From assembly GCF_002571385.2 (NCBI RefSeq), contig NW_019217914.1, positions 194,552 to 258,551 of the forward strand: a stretch of DNA of 64,000 nt, given 5' to 3'. The translations under genes and the position numbers were made by a program. A model generated the notes under the pieces. The model saw nothing but the letters and a program-made list of their open reading frames with translations, did not search any database and was not told where the DNA came from. The stretch comes from Stylophora pistillata (taxonomy: Eukaryota). This document shows, one piece after another, positions 11,743 to 25,500 of the stretch. Numbering within the stretch: the first letter of the stretch is position 1; the number at the start of each line of letters is the position of its first letter.

Positions 11743-13919
11743 TTTTCCGAATGGCCGCCAGTTTAAACAATGAAAACTACCTTTTAGTCTCGAAACTTTT
11801 CACATGCACCATAACCAAACGCAGACAATGTTCCCATAGCACAAAACGAAGGTGAAAACGTCTGCAGAAAGCGAGGGAAACTCAGACAAGACAAGCAGAC
11901 ACAAGCTGAGTCAGTGCAGCTCTCAGTTGGCCTGACGGAAAATATCACGAGAACATCCGGGGTCTTGCACTGCGCATACTCTATCCCAGACGATTTCATC
12001 AAAGTTTTGATGTCTACAAAATTATAGTGAATATCTGTTTTGAATATTTTGAATTGGAAATAAACTGAGTTGATAATAACAATGGCCGAGAATAATAAAG
12101 CCTATGGGGGCGAAGAGAAAATTGATTCAAAGATTTCCGTATTTTTGGATTATTCATTCAAAATCTAATTGGCAAAGTTGATCTCTGCTACTACAAGGTC
12201 CCTGAGGTCCGCGAGGCGGGAATAAAAGTTTAGGGAACATAATAGTTTTCCAGCCACCGGCTGAATCAAAAAAATAAAACATAAAATATAAACATGGGTC
12301 TAGTGTATGTATGCAACAGAATTACCAGAACTGGCAAAAAAAAAAAAAATTGTTTACGTTAACTTAAATTTCAATTTCCGTGGGTTTCAAATTTTACTGT
12401 TAGATAACCGTGACTAAAGATTCGAATTTTTGATGAAGATTATCCATAATTTTTAATTGTGGACTTTCGACCTGTGATCATGTTTATTTTTGATTATTCA
12501 CAGCGGGGGTTGCTCGTGGGGTCAGTCTGAACAGGCGTGTTAGAGGGGTGTATATGATCACATGCAAAGCTTACAAGTAAACACGAGGGAACACGTAACC
12601 AGCACGTGGCTTAGGGTACAGGCTACTTCCGTGTGTACTACGAACACTTTTCGTATGAGGGAACGCTGTTTTTCTTTTGTTTTGTTTTTTTTTTTTTTGT
12701 CCACTTGCCACTTAGCCTGATGCCTTTTACGGCTTTTGTTTCGTAGAGGGTGTAAAGCGAGGGGTAGGGGAGGGGAGATGTCTAGATCGTGTTTCGCAAA
12801 TGCAAAATACCCAGAGCCATCTCGCGAAAAATAAATCAGGCATTGACGGGAAATTATACTTTTTTTTAAAGACTGATTCTTGCTAAACTACAACCAACGT
12901 GAAGTTCTCTCTCTTTTCTTCAGCGAATTTACACTCCTTGTTTTTTTCTCATCACGCTGGTTAGGTAATGTAGCGATGTGATCACGTTCATACATTAGTC
13001 ACGTATTCCACACAGAAAGCCTTCTTTTTAAAGGCCCAATGAAGAGTGTATTCGTGGTTTGTGACCGCAGTTACTGAATAACATATCACGAAGACAAAGT
13101 AGCCATTTAATGATTCACTAAAAATAACAGCAGCCTTCAGTGGATCTTTTAAAAAACATTCTTAATTTCCCCACGCTTTTCACGAGCGTGTGAAACAAGT
13201 AGCTGGCAAAAAACGGAAAATACGCCTGTTGAACGCGGAAGTAGGTTTTTATTTAATATCTTTTTGGTTTTCTTCCTGTCTATCATACGAAAATGATCGA
13301 ATTTTCGTCTGTAAAGCAAACAGACCTCAAAAGTTGCTTTAAAAAATTAAAAATTATCTTCATGGAAAAAAACCTCCCCCGCACAAAAAATATATTGTTC
13401 GACGTCTTGAAAAGGTCAAGTTAACGAATTCATATGCAGAATGGTAACAGGCTGTGGTTGGTGTGAAGTATTTTGTTGTGTTTTGTCTTGGTTGCATTTC
13501 CAAAGAGCAAAAGCTCTCGAGTTGAGAAGAAGCATGATCCTATCTCGGGCAGAACTGAACTGATGGCCATGCTAGTCTGTTTCTAGGCTGAATTCACAGA
13601 ATTAAGCCGAGAAATGGACCAGCATGGTCGTAAGTCAGAAACTTTAAAGCCAGATGAGCTTTTTTTAAATTCCATTCACTCTTTGTGTTTTTTTTTTTTT
13701 GGCAGCATACTTTACAAGCTTTCCAATATTTTCAGTTTTTTCTTTTTTTGGGGTTGTTTTTTCAGCTGGACAGAAGCTAGATAAACAAACTCCAAAATGC
13801 TATTGACGACAGTGGCGAAATACGTAATTTGCATAACAGCAAATTAAATATTTAAAAGAACACCTCTTGAATAAAGCCACCTTCTCACAAGACCGAGTTT
13901 GCTTCAAGTGTCCTATTAG

Positions 13920-15020
13920 CAAATGTCGTGTCTCTGGTTTTAGAGATTGATAAAACAAGTATTTCGACATTCCAAAAGAGCTTTGATCCGATCTCTTTTA
14001 CAGAGGCCTGGCTACGAGAATCCGTTGGAGACAATCACTTGACACTAAACAATTACAACTTACATAGGCGTGATCACTCTCTAAGTACACACGGAGGAGT
14101 TTGTGTGTACGAAAAAGACTCTGTCAAGACCAAGAAACTACTAGACCTTGAATACTCCGCCTTCAAAGTCCTAAGGACCTACATCAGACCTCCAAGATTA
14201 CCAAGAGGGATTAACTGCGTCGTCAATGCTTGTGTTTACCACCCACCTAGTTCTAATGACGTTGAAATCGTGGAGTACTTGTCTGATGCCATTACGCGTG
14301 CTAAAGGTCTTTTTCCTGGTTGCGGTATTATCAGCACCGGAGACTAGAAGCAAAACTTCTTTGCCGAGATTTCCACTAAAATAACCCATCGACCAACCAA
14401 CTTGCTGCGCTAACATTCTTGATCTTGTGCTCACTAACATGCATAATTTCTATGATTCAAAACCAGCTGTGATTTTACCACCCTTCGACGTATCTGACCA
14501 TAAGGCTGTTGCAGTTTGGCTGAAAATCGAGCACCCACAGGTACTCCAAGTGGAAGGATAGTTACTTGGTCGGTACCAAACTGAAATCGATTGCATGGTA
14601 CCTGATTGAATCGAAAACGTCGTGGGACGAGCCTGAGAAATGGGATTTTCTGTGCTCTGCAGTTACGACTCGTTACAACATTCTCATTTCAGAGAAACAA
14701 GTGAAGATTCACCATGATGATCCACCTTGGATATTGGAAGACCTGGAGCCCTAAATAACCTTACACCAACAAGCTATCTCCTCTGGGAACAATGTCATCC
14801 TATCGTAAAAAGGGAAACAGAATAAGGAAATCCTGCCGAGCGAAATATTTTGCCTCAAAAGTTGTCAAGCTTAAACAGACGAACCCAAAGACTTGGTAGT
14901 GCACTCCGTTAGTCCTCTTGGCCAACGCAACTGATTGAACAGTCAGGGTTCAGTTGCCCCATTCGATTACTGCAAGGCTTTCCACCTCATAGACTATCAC
15001 ATCCTAGCCAAGAAGGTCTC
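13920..15020 (+). mobile_element. Decayed CR1/L2-like LINE ORF2 (APE endonuclease plus RT fragments)
   Basis: FTEAWL, YNLHRRD..HGGVCVY, VYHPP, GD, LDLVLTN, SDH, then IDYCKAFHLIDY. Multiple stops and frameshifts. Confidence 0.8.
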
Positions 15021-16168
15021 CCTTTTTCAACCATGTCTCTTTTCATCAAGTGCTACAGGGGCGGATCCAATAATTTTTGATTGGGAGGGGGTCCAAACTT
15101 TGGTTCAGTAAGGACTGTTGGACTCTTCTTTGTTGAATCAACATATCGATTTGAGTGATTTCAATGCCATCACTGAAACCAAAAGATCGACTTCAGGCAA
15201 TCCGGACTTTTTATAATGTATGCGAGCACGTTCAGTATTTTTAACATTATATTTGTCCCTATAAAGGATTTGGGTGGAATGAATAATTCCCTCACCTGGT
15301 TATTCCATTAAGTCTAGTTTATTTTGCCTAAATATAAATACATTTTAAAATTTTTTCATCGAAATATCGCACAAATTAGCATAACATCGTTTTCAAACAG
15401 CTCCCTTGAAAATAATTAATTTTTTTATTTTACTTGGAACCATCTGTCCTAGAATCAATACTTGAGATATACTTTCGCGAACGGAAAATCTAAATGCGAA
15501 AGCCATAGAAACATAAAGAAACTTACTTTTTTTAAGAAGTGTTACCTCATCTGTTTCTGTGAGAAAAAAATTGCAAATCTTATTTAAGAATGGAACTGAC
15601 GTCATTCGGTTGAATATATCAGCCGACCCTATTTGTTGCATAAAGAAATAATTTTTCAGGCAACACAAACTGACTTAAACTGAGTAATTAGAACGCTTTT
15701 GTTCGATGCTTGTTCGATATTCTTCTCTCTTCATTGAATAAGGTTATTTTGAATGTTTTGCGCGATTTCGCAACTTCTTTTTGAAAAGTCTACAGGTGCG
15801 AGTGTATACCAGATACCCAGAAATCAAGGCGAACCTTGGTAAACTTGCTTGCCAATTTTAATTGCTGTTTGACGCGTGGGTGGTTTTGAACATGAAATAT
15901 TAAGGCTGCGAGAGTCAGGCCGCATATACATTTCGCAAGGATTATAATGGACTAGTAATCCCGAAGAAAAAACAAATCTTTCGTTGGGAACTTTAAGACC
16001 ATCCGTTCGCTGACGTGGACTGAAAGAAGTCTTTCTGATTCAGTTCAACCAGGCAGAAAATGCAGTTGTTGAAACTAGAGGAGAAGGATTTTTCGTCATA
16101 AGGGGGGTTTTTCTGAGAAATCAATTGTTTAGATCATCAGCTGGAAGCGAAATATTCGAGATCTTAAA

Positions 16169-16609
16169 ATGGGGTTCACAAGGCTTTTCGGAAAGTTGCG
16201 TTTTCGCATCGTACCATTTTCTGGTAGCCGCATTCGTCGCCCGGAAAACGGCGAAAAATTCACCAGCAGTGAGGACCAATCCATTAAAGAAGGCTATCTT
16301 TGGAAACAGAGCAAATCAACGCCGCTTAAACGCCGTTGGAAGAAGAGATATTTCATCTTGTCTGAAGACAAACTGTATCTGTTGAAAGAGAAAAGCGAAG
16401 AATCTGTTTCGGCAAAAATAATTCGTATATTGGACATCGTCTCTCTCATGGTGGAAGACTTCGGGTTTCGAACGAAAAAATTTGGTCTGCGACTCCGAGC
16501 GAACAACAAAGAATCGTACATTGTGAGTTGTAATTCTGAAGATGAGAGGAACGATTGGATCACGGCCGTACTAACTGCGAAATCTTACAGTCTGGTGAAG
16601 TACGAATAA
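16169..16609 (+). CDS. Small single-exon PH-domain protein (146 aa)
   Basis: KEGYLWKQ...WKKRYFILSEDKLY and the C-terminal helix EERNDWITAV are PH-domain hallmarks. Intact ATG to TAA. Confidence 0.85.
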   Translation: MGFTRLFGKLRFRIVPFSGSRIRRPENGEKFTSSEDQSIKEGYLWKQSKSTPLKRRWKKRYFILSEDKLYLLKEKSEESVSAKIIRILDIVSLMVEDFGFRTKKFGLRLRANNKESYIVSCNSEDERNDWITAVLTAKSYSLVKYE

Positions 16610-18834
16610 GTTTGAACAAAACACATAAATCCAAACTATAAGTATTGCGTATGATACTGTTCAAACTTAACATTTATTTTCATCACAAAAAAACGCACCT
16701 CTTTCAAGACTAAGCTGAAAAATATTCGATGAAAATCTTTAGAAATCAATTTGAAATGGCAGATGATTTCCCGGCGCGGTGACACGCATTATACTTGGAA
16801 TTAACTTTTTAAAGCAGAAGAGTATTTGCTGCTTTCTTGACTGTTCTATCGACACCGGATATCGGACAAAACATCGTCTTTTGTGACATAAAAACGTCTT
16901 ATTTATTGTCACTTCAAAAGTCTCTGTACTTATAGATAAAAATTTGTAGTTGTGAAATACTGAGCTGTTTAATTATTTCATTAAAAGTTATTAATTTTTC
17001 CTTGCAAAATCAATGAATTGATTTCGTCACGTTGTAAAGTGCGATTTAGAAACATAAATTTTATGAAAAGTTCTTTCTAAGCGAATATATTCTCTTGATA
17101 TTTCTCAATGAGGAATAAACATCGACAACTTTTGAGGCTTTTCCGGTTTATTTGATAGTTCTAAAGCTCCTAAATGTCAACCAACTCCGAATTTTTTTTT
17201 TTCTCTCGGAAAATTTTCATAAACTATCTATTATCGACGAGCGATTGCCATAGAAAATAAAACAAAGATGGATAGGTTTTGGTTACTTCAACTACTAGTG
17301 AACCGGAGCAAAAGTTACGAAACAACAGAATAATATCTCGAAAGCTTTCAACTCGTTAGGCATCTTTGAAACGTAAATTGCTATTCTAAGACAAAGAAGA
17401 GCCGTTTTCACCGCCCAGGAAACCTCGCTATGTTTTATGACGACAAGGAGATCTCTCTTGGTATTTACTGCTAATGGATAAATTTGTGTTGAGGAAAATT
17501 TCGTGTCTTGTACCGTGCGTTATGTTTTCCCGGCAAGAGGCTTCTATTAAACTATGGAATTTGAAAGAATGCATTTACCAGAAAATAAAATTGATTTTAA
17601 TTTGCAAGCTTCTTCAGTTGGTGAGTTATAAAACACGTTTCTGATTGGCTTTCATATTTAAGAATTGAACTATTTTGTTATTTGTGTGCCATTAGAATCA
17701 ATACAAAAGTTTAGTTCGTTCGCAATTTTTTTGGTAATTGAAGAAAACACATGCCCCTCACTGTGACGCAACACACAATTTTGCATCCTCCCACACATAA
17801 CACGCCAAAACCTCGTGCTTTTAAAAAATGTATCACACATACCCTCAAACATATTTAATGGAATATGTTAAATAAAGCAGAGAACAATTTTGTTTCCAAT
17901 TAAAACAAGAACTATTACACACACGTAAAACGGAGCGCGATCTTATTGTAGTATCAGCTACTAAATCGGATGGTGAAATAAGTTCTTCGCAGAGGTTGGA
18001 AGGTAACCGTCTCTGGTATTAATTCAGTGTTAACAAACATATGCAGTGAATTCCGCCAAAACTAAAGCTGTCTGTGAGAGCAAGTACCGCTTTCAAACAC
18101 ATTGTCGGAGAATCTTGACATTTATTGATATTACGCTTCTTTTTTTGATCTTATTCCATAAACAGGCCAATTCATAATTTTTCGACGTTGCATGTTTCGA
18201 AACAATTTTGTTTAAAAATAAAACTTACGGACGCCAGTACAAACAAACAGCTGTATTTTTTCCTCCTTCTTGATTGGACGTAATTCATACCTTTTACTCC
18301 CCATTCTTTTTTTTCCGAATTACACCACCTTGCAACATTTACCCCGGCCTCGTATACCGTTGTTCAGATTGCTCCAGGGAGTATCACTTTCTTCCCTGTA
18401 GTTATTCGTCATTAAGTATTATGCGTCAGCTTTTGATTTGAATAACTGCCTTTATTTTGGATCAGTCCATATCTTGATCGTAATATCTACCCAGAAAAAA
18501 AAATGGAATGGGTGCAAATGATAATAGAGGATATTGCCCTAACAGAATGCAATTCTTGTCTCGAATTACTCTATTTTCAAAACGAAGAACATTTCCAGTA
18601 TGAAATTTACTCCAAAAAAAACGTTAAAAAGTTTGAATGTTTAGGTGTTGATCTATTTTCTTTCCGTTATTTTACTTTTAAAAAATATGCTATTTTCAAG
18701 GCAAAATATATTAAAAAGTAAAAACAAAACGTTTTAGACACTAGGTTATCAACAGGGTAAATAAGCACCCTCCGCTGAATTGCACATTTTACATCGTCAG
18801 CCGATAATTCCCGAAGGGAAGAGTTTCGCGCCAT

Positions 18835-20158
18835 ACACCTTTGGCATAATGGCGGAAAATCCGATTGAGGTATGAGACTGGTTATGAATAATTTCACGAA
18901 AGCGAGGCCACCCGGGCAACACATGGCGACGCGAATACAAACTCTCACAATTCCTCGAGCTTTTTAACCGAAAATGACATTCTTGGAGCTTCCTTAGGAG
19001 ATAGAAATCTCTCGCAATTCAAGACTGAGGACTTGAGACTATGGTTGAAGGGTAGAGGTAACCCAGCGAAAGGTTTAAAGACAAAAGCAGAGCTTGTGAA
19101 AAGGCTAGTTTCGAGCACAAGATGCATACTTCGAGGTGTTTTGATTGCTTGAGAAAATTGTCAATTGTGATTACTTACACTTAAATTGACCTAATTTCAT
19201 ATACTTTAGGGTCCTTTAATACATCAAGAGCGGAAAGGATAAAAACATCATTGATCCTGATCCCAATAATCTTTATTCTAAACGAAAACAACTACGCTCG
19301 GCAAACAACACAAGTTCACACTCCACCGCTAAACGACATGTTCCCGTCAAGTTCCCTGAATCTAGTATGTGGAGCTACTCACTTCAGAAGATGCCTCTGT
19401 TTACCAGAGCGGAATTAAACAATCATANNNNNNNNNNNNNNNNNNNNNNNNNNNNNNNNNNNNNNNNNNNNNNNNNNNNNNNNNNNNNNNNNNNNNNNNN
19501 NNNNNNNNNNNNNNNNNNNNNNNNNNNNNNNNNNNNNNNNNNCACACACACACACACACACACACACGCACGCACACACACACGCAACAATGAAATAATA
19601 AATGAGCAAATAAAAATAAAGAATAAATAATAGTAGTGATAATCATGTTAAAGGTTTTAACTGAGCCAGTCACACAAGGGACTACGCCACTGAAATACCA
19701 AACGGTACAGCATTGGTTTGAAGGCATATTTTGCCCGCAATACTTTTCTTCAAGTCTTCCATTTTAAAATGGTGCGAGCAGACCATGGTTGAGTCCAATA
19801 CTTTGAAGCTTTTTCCTTCCTCTCGACGGATTGCATGAAGCCATTGCTTCCTCGCGAGTTTTTCTTTGGGAAACTTAAAGTAGGATATTTATTAACCCAG
19901 CCGTTTACGTCGCGATATCCCCTAGAAGTCCATGAATGAACACAGCAGTGGCATGGCATTGTACATATTAACTTGAGCCTTAGCTTTATTAGTAGTCGAT
20001 TCTTTGAGAAATAAAGCTTTTTGGATTAATAAATTAATAAATTGTGCCAGAAACTTTTTGACAAGCGCTCACAAGTGCACAAATCCATGCCCGGGTGGCT
20101 TCGTCCCTATGCACTAGTTTTAGTCTTCACTCGGCCGCCGCCATTATGGCAAAGGTGT
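18835..20158. mobile_element. Internally deleted ISL2EU/Harbinger-like DNA transposon (convergent SAP and THAP ORF remnants)
   Basis: TIRs acacctttggcataatggcgg / ccgccattatggcaaaggtgt (1 mismatch) with AT on both flanks. SAP-like fragment on + at ~18975-19105; frameshifted THAP domain on - at ~19690-19959. Contains an N-gap. Confidence 0.75.
19543..19584. repeat. (CA)n microsatellite at gap edge
   Basis: cacacaca... directly after the N-run. Confidence 0.9.
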
Positions 20159-22536
20159 ATTGGAGTTAATTCTTCTATTCAAACTAGGCTTCAAATTTTG
20201 ATCATTAGGCCTCCAAGGATTCTACGCTGATCACAAGATTTATCTTTGCAGAGTATGCGCTAGATGAAAAATTGCACCGGATTCTCCTTGAAGTCATGGG
20301 CAGGTATGGCGAGTCATTAGATGTCTGAAAGTGGTTATCAGTTCTCATCTGCACACATTTCTCATGGTCTCGCCGTTGTAACTAACGCCGCAAAAAACAG
20401 CCTCCTTTCCCAATCAGGAGGTGTGTCTCCAATTGAGATCGCCTGAGGATGTCTAAGGGTGTCATATATCGGCTTGTTGGATCGATAGAGCATTTCGCTC
20501 CAGTAAAGTGTTCCCGCTCAGTGGACTTTATTATTAACCGGCATCAGTTGGGGAGACTGTGAAAGCCAAGAGGAAGTTCTTTCTTGGGAGGGTCGAAGAC
20601 CGTACTCGAAATAAAATTGGAAATCGAGCGTCACATAATTTTCTTGTAAGTGAATACTGTACCTAACCGAACTCAAATAGCCTGCCTTATTATTTCACTT
20701 TGAACACATTGCCACTCTGTAATGAATCTAAGGTCAACGCCTCAAGATCACCATGAGGATATGACATGCCCAGAAAAGGCCAAGGCTCATACGCGAAGTG
20801 TGGTAAAATTTATTGCACCTGTAACAGGAAATGGGAGTTACAAACACACCAAATGGATATGTGAAAGAATTCGAACGAAAAATTAACCAGGGAATGAGTC
20901 AATTTGGGTGATAACGTTGCATTTATATCCCGTAGCGCAGTTCTTCAAATGGCGGATAACGCTGCCTTGAACGGATAAATCGCTATCCAACCGCTAAGTC
21001 AGGTGTTCACAAAACGTTCTCCACTATCCACTGGATAGACATTTATCGAGTGTACACTGTTATGATTCCTCCAACAATCGGAGCCTAGCCTTTATCGACT
21101 TTCTACACTTTGACCTTTTCTTCTGAGCCATTCGCTCGCGAAAGTTAACTATTTACCTTAAACACCTCCGCATTTAAGGGTATAACATTTGTATTCCGCC
21201 AAAAGGACTTAACACCTCCATCTTACATTCCTTATCAGGCTCCCACGCTTGAACGACGGTCAAATGCCTATGGGTTGCCCGGAGGGGGGGGGGGGGTTGT
21301 TAAGACTTTGAATTGATCGGCGCATGATACACAATTCGATAAAAAACGAATATTTTCATGAACACCACGATCTCTGTATAGTCGAAATTTCATTGAATAA
21401 ATAAATCTTCAACTGAACATAATGTTCTACAGAATGCGTTCTATTCTGTGCCTGGAAAATTCAACTGGATCGCTTGCTCTAATCCGTGATTGGAAGACCG
21501 AATACAAAATCTCATCAAGGAACTGCTATGAAGTTTTGTTAAAGGCTACTTGTTTCCCACCCACGTATATCGAAATCTGAGGATATAGCGGAAAACAGCT
21601 TATTTTAGAGGTTCCATTGGTTTTCCTTAATCGTATCAGTAGCTGTAGCTTGATGGAGCAATGCAATCAAATTTCTTTCCGTTTGCTGCTTTGATTGATA
21701 AACCTCTTCTTCCTATAACGGTATCATAAAACTGAAATTCTGAACCATAAAACAATGTTACTGTATTTTTTCCCACCGAAATACACTTAATACTCTGAAT
21801 TTTGCTTTTTATGCTTTTGCACTCGTAACTCTAGATTGTGAAGAGTTACTGACGCATAAAAGTAAAATTATGCTTTTTCTAGAACGCTTTCGTGTTGCTT
21901 TGGCAAGCCTTCACGTAAGTAATGTGAAAGACCATAACAGAATTTATTGAGCAAAATTGAGGCATTTGTTCTACACCATTCTTAAAGAAACTTACAAAAA
22001 TGCGTTTTAGCATCGATTCATGAAGGAATTAACAACAAAAAATTGAGAAACTGCCTTAAGACAGTACTAACCACTGAATCTATGATTGTCTTTGGTAGAC
22101 GCAATATCTTAAAGTTTTCAAACCTACTAATTGCATTATTTGAATAATCTTTTTAAAGTTTTTCACGGAGTTATTGAGCGTGTCAAACCTGACGAGATCA
22201 TCATAGCAAGAGCGAAGTTAATAATAAGTCTCATTCAATAATCTTTAACGTTTGAAAATTCGTTTCTTTTTGTTCTTGTATTTTTTAGTTATGTAGTGTT
22301 TATCAATCATCGATCATATAGGAAATTAACGTATAATATACGAACGTACAAATTTGATCACGTTAATCATATCTTAATTTGAAAAATTCAGTCTGTATAA
22401 ATTGAAGGCATTGATCTTTCAATTTGTCCACTGCAATCAATTGACAATCTGTTCTGTCCTGAGTACTTAAAAAAACTAGGGGATCATAAATGCCAAAGAA
22501 AAAAATCACATCACATTTTTCCTTGAAGGTCCTCGT

Positions 22537-25500
22537 CTAGACATACGATTCGTAGTAATAGGATGGCCGAGCGATAGCAGGAAACGCTATTTCATTCTTG
22601 ACAACATTCCACCTTAGGGGTCTCAAACCATTCACAATAACGAACAGCAAACCGAGCACGTCTGCCAGAACAGCCATCCACAAGGCAGCCTTCCCTGCCA
22701 GGGCAGTGATCACGATGGCCAACTTCAGAATTATGGAGAACGAGATGTTTTCTGCTACAACACGACTGCAGAAACGGCCGAGTAGTACCAGTTCCGGTAT
22801 TTTCGCTAAGTTGTTGCTCATCAGGGCCACATCCGCCGCCTCCACTGCTAAAGCCGTTCCGCCAGCGCCCATTGCAATCCCAATGTTCGCTGCGGCCAGG
22901 GCTGGACCATCATTGACGCCATCGCCGACCATACCCACTATGTTTTTGTCGCTGTTACCTGATTTGACAACGTTGTAGCGGCGACGGGGACAGCAAAAAG
23001 CACACGGTAACACACATTCCCTAGCCTGTTGATCCTCGCCATGCATCTCGCATTCCTCGCTTTGCGTTCCACCTTGTCTTTCCTTGATCCACAACAATTT
23101 GTCCTGAGGTTTCATGTCGGCGATGCACTCGACTAAGCCTAATTTACTCTTCACGGCCATGGCTGTACGAGAGTTGTCACCGGTGATCATGGCAGTCTGG
23201 ACACGAGCTTTTCGTAGCCAGTCCAACGCACTGAGACTGTTTGGTCTGATGGTGTCAGCAAGAGCAATCATCATGGCCAACTTACCATCCACAGCCACGA
23301 AGATCACAGTTTTACTCTCGTTACACCAAGTGATATACTTTTCTTCCATACACTTATACAGTGCTTTGTTGCCAACATTATTAAGGAATTCATAATTGCC
23401 GATCTGTACAAATTGACCATCGACATAACCGGAAACACCTTGTCCTTCGTGAAGTTTAAAGCGTGTCACTTCAGGAAGGCTGGAAGATCGAGACTTGACC
23501 ATTTCTGCAACACAACCACTAAATTCCTTCACAATGGCTGCCGCAAGTGGGTGGCTGGACTTGCTCTCGAGCGCAGCTGCTAAGCGTAAGGCTGCTCGTT
23601 CGCGCACTCCAAAAACGCAATCTATATCAACAACTTGAAACTTTCCTTCAGTCAATGTTCCAGTTTTATCAAACGCAAGAACCTGCAACTGAGCCAGGGT
23701 TTCAAGGTGAACTCCACCTTTAATCAGAGCTCCTTTACGCGCAGCAGCAGTGATGCTACAGATCACAGCAATAGGGGTGGACATAACAAGAGCGCAGGGG
23801 CACGCTGTGACCAGAAGAACAAGGGCCCGTACTCCCCACTTCTTTAACTCCTGTGAGTAGGTTCCCACGCCTGCAGCACCGAGAATGGCTGGAATAACAA
23901 ATACCAGAGTCGCAACAACGACCAGAGTTGGAGTGTAATACTTGGCAAACCGGTTTATGGCGACTTCGGTTCTTGCTGAACTAGTCTGGGCTTCTTGAAC
24001 AAGCTGAGCAACTCTAGAAACTGTAGAAGATGACGCGTCTGATGTGGTCTTCACTTCCAAGTAGCCATTTTGATTGACTGTTCCGCTGAAAACTTTGGAT
24101 CCCACAGTCTTCTCGACAGGCACAGATTCGCCAGATACCGAACTTTCGTCTACAGCAGCTCGTCCTTTTACAACTTCACCATCCAAAGGAATAAGCTCTC
24201 CTGGCCTAATGGCGATGGCAGTTCCTATGGCAACTGATTCCACCGATACAGATTCGCCAGTGTTCGCTAATATCGCCGCCTGTGGTGCTTTGAGCATGAG
24301 CCCAGAGATTGTCCGCTGGACTTTGTACATGCAAAAATTTTGCAGGGCCTCGGCGAACGAGAATACGTAAACTACAGCGGCACCCTCCAGCCACTCCTCA
24401 ATACCAAGCGTTCCCCCTATGGCGATAAGCATTAGAATGTTGATGTCGACGCTACAGGTCTTGATAGAAACATACGTTTTCTTGAGGACTGGAAATATAC
24501 CGAACACAATTTCCGCAATGGCCGGCCATTTATACCAGGAGGCATCACAGAAGAACGCCACAACGCCTGTCATCAGGAGAACGGTTTGGAACAAAAGATA
24601 AATCAGAAAAGTCGATAAGGACGGCGGGAGACTTTTATTATCTTCGTCGTATTGTCGGGACCCAGTCTCCATGATGCTAGCCCCCAAATGCATGCGGTTG
24701 AGTGTACTGACAAGCTCGGTAGCGGACGTCACTTCCGGGTCGTGACGGACATACACGACTCTCCCGATCACATTGACTGCAATCGATTTCACGCCTTCTA
24801 ATGGTTCCAAGGATTCTTGAACGAGTGCACTTTCCATTGCACAGCAAATGTTCTGCACTCGTAGTTTGGTGGTGCTTTGGCGTATCACGGGTTTCTTCTT
24901 CGAGCTGTCGTCGAGTTCCTGAATACCTGGTGACAAGGGAGGGGTGATAGGATAAAAACCACTGCGGTCTGTCATTGAGATCCTGTTGACAGATCGATTT
25001 CCATCGCAAAGTTGCTCAACTGACAATTTAAGCTGGGATTTTTGGCAGCAATCGTCCCCACGTGGTTTCAGCGTGAAACCATTACAAGCTTGACTCTGAC
25101 AGCAATTGTCTTCCACCGGAGAACACGTGATAGTCAATCGTGGATTGCGTAACTGACATGTCACCTGACCACGTGAAGTTCGACAGGGGCCACCAGTTTC
25201 GCAGCGAGTTAACACGGAGCTCGCACCCGCTGAACTGGACGGTCTACCACTGTCTTTATCCGTGCAGTTGCCACTCGTTTGACAAGAATCCCCACAGTCA
25301 TCTTCAACGGTTCTTCCACAACAATCAAGGCTGGGGTTTCTCGAAGGCCCACCGGATTCAGTTGAATTTCTCTGTGGGATTTCCCTCTCAGTAGTGGTAT
25401 TAGTTTGTGCTAGTTGCCCTGACGTTTTTTCGCTTGAAGTGTCCTCTTTCTCTTGTGGTGACTTCACCTGAGAGCAGCAGCTGCCTTTGACAGGTTCATC

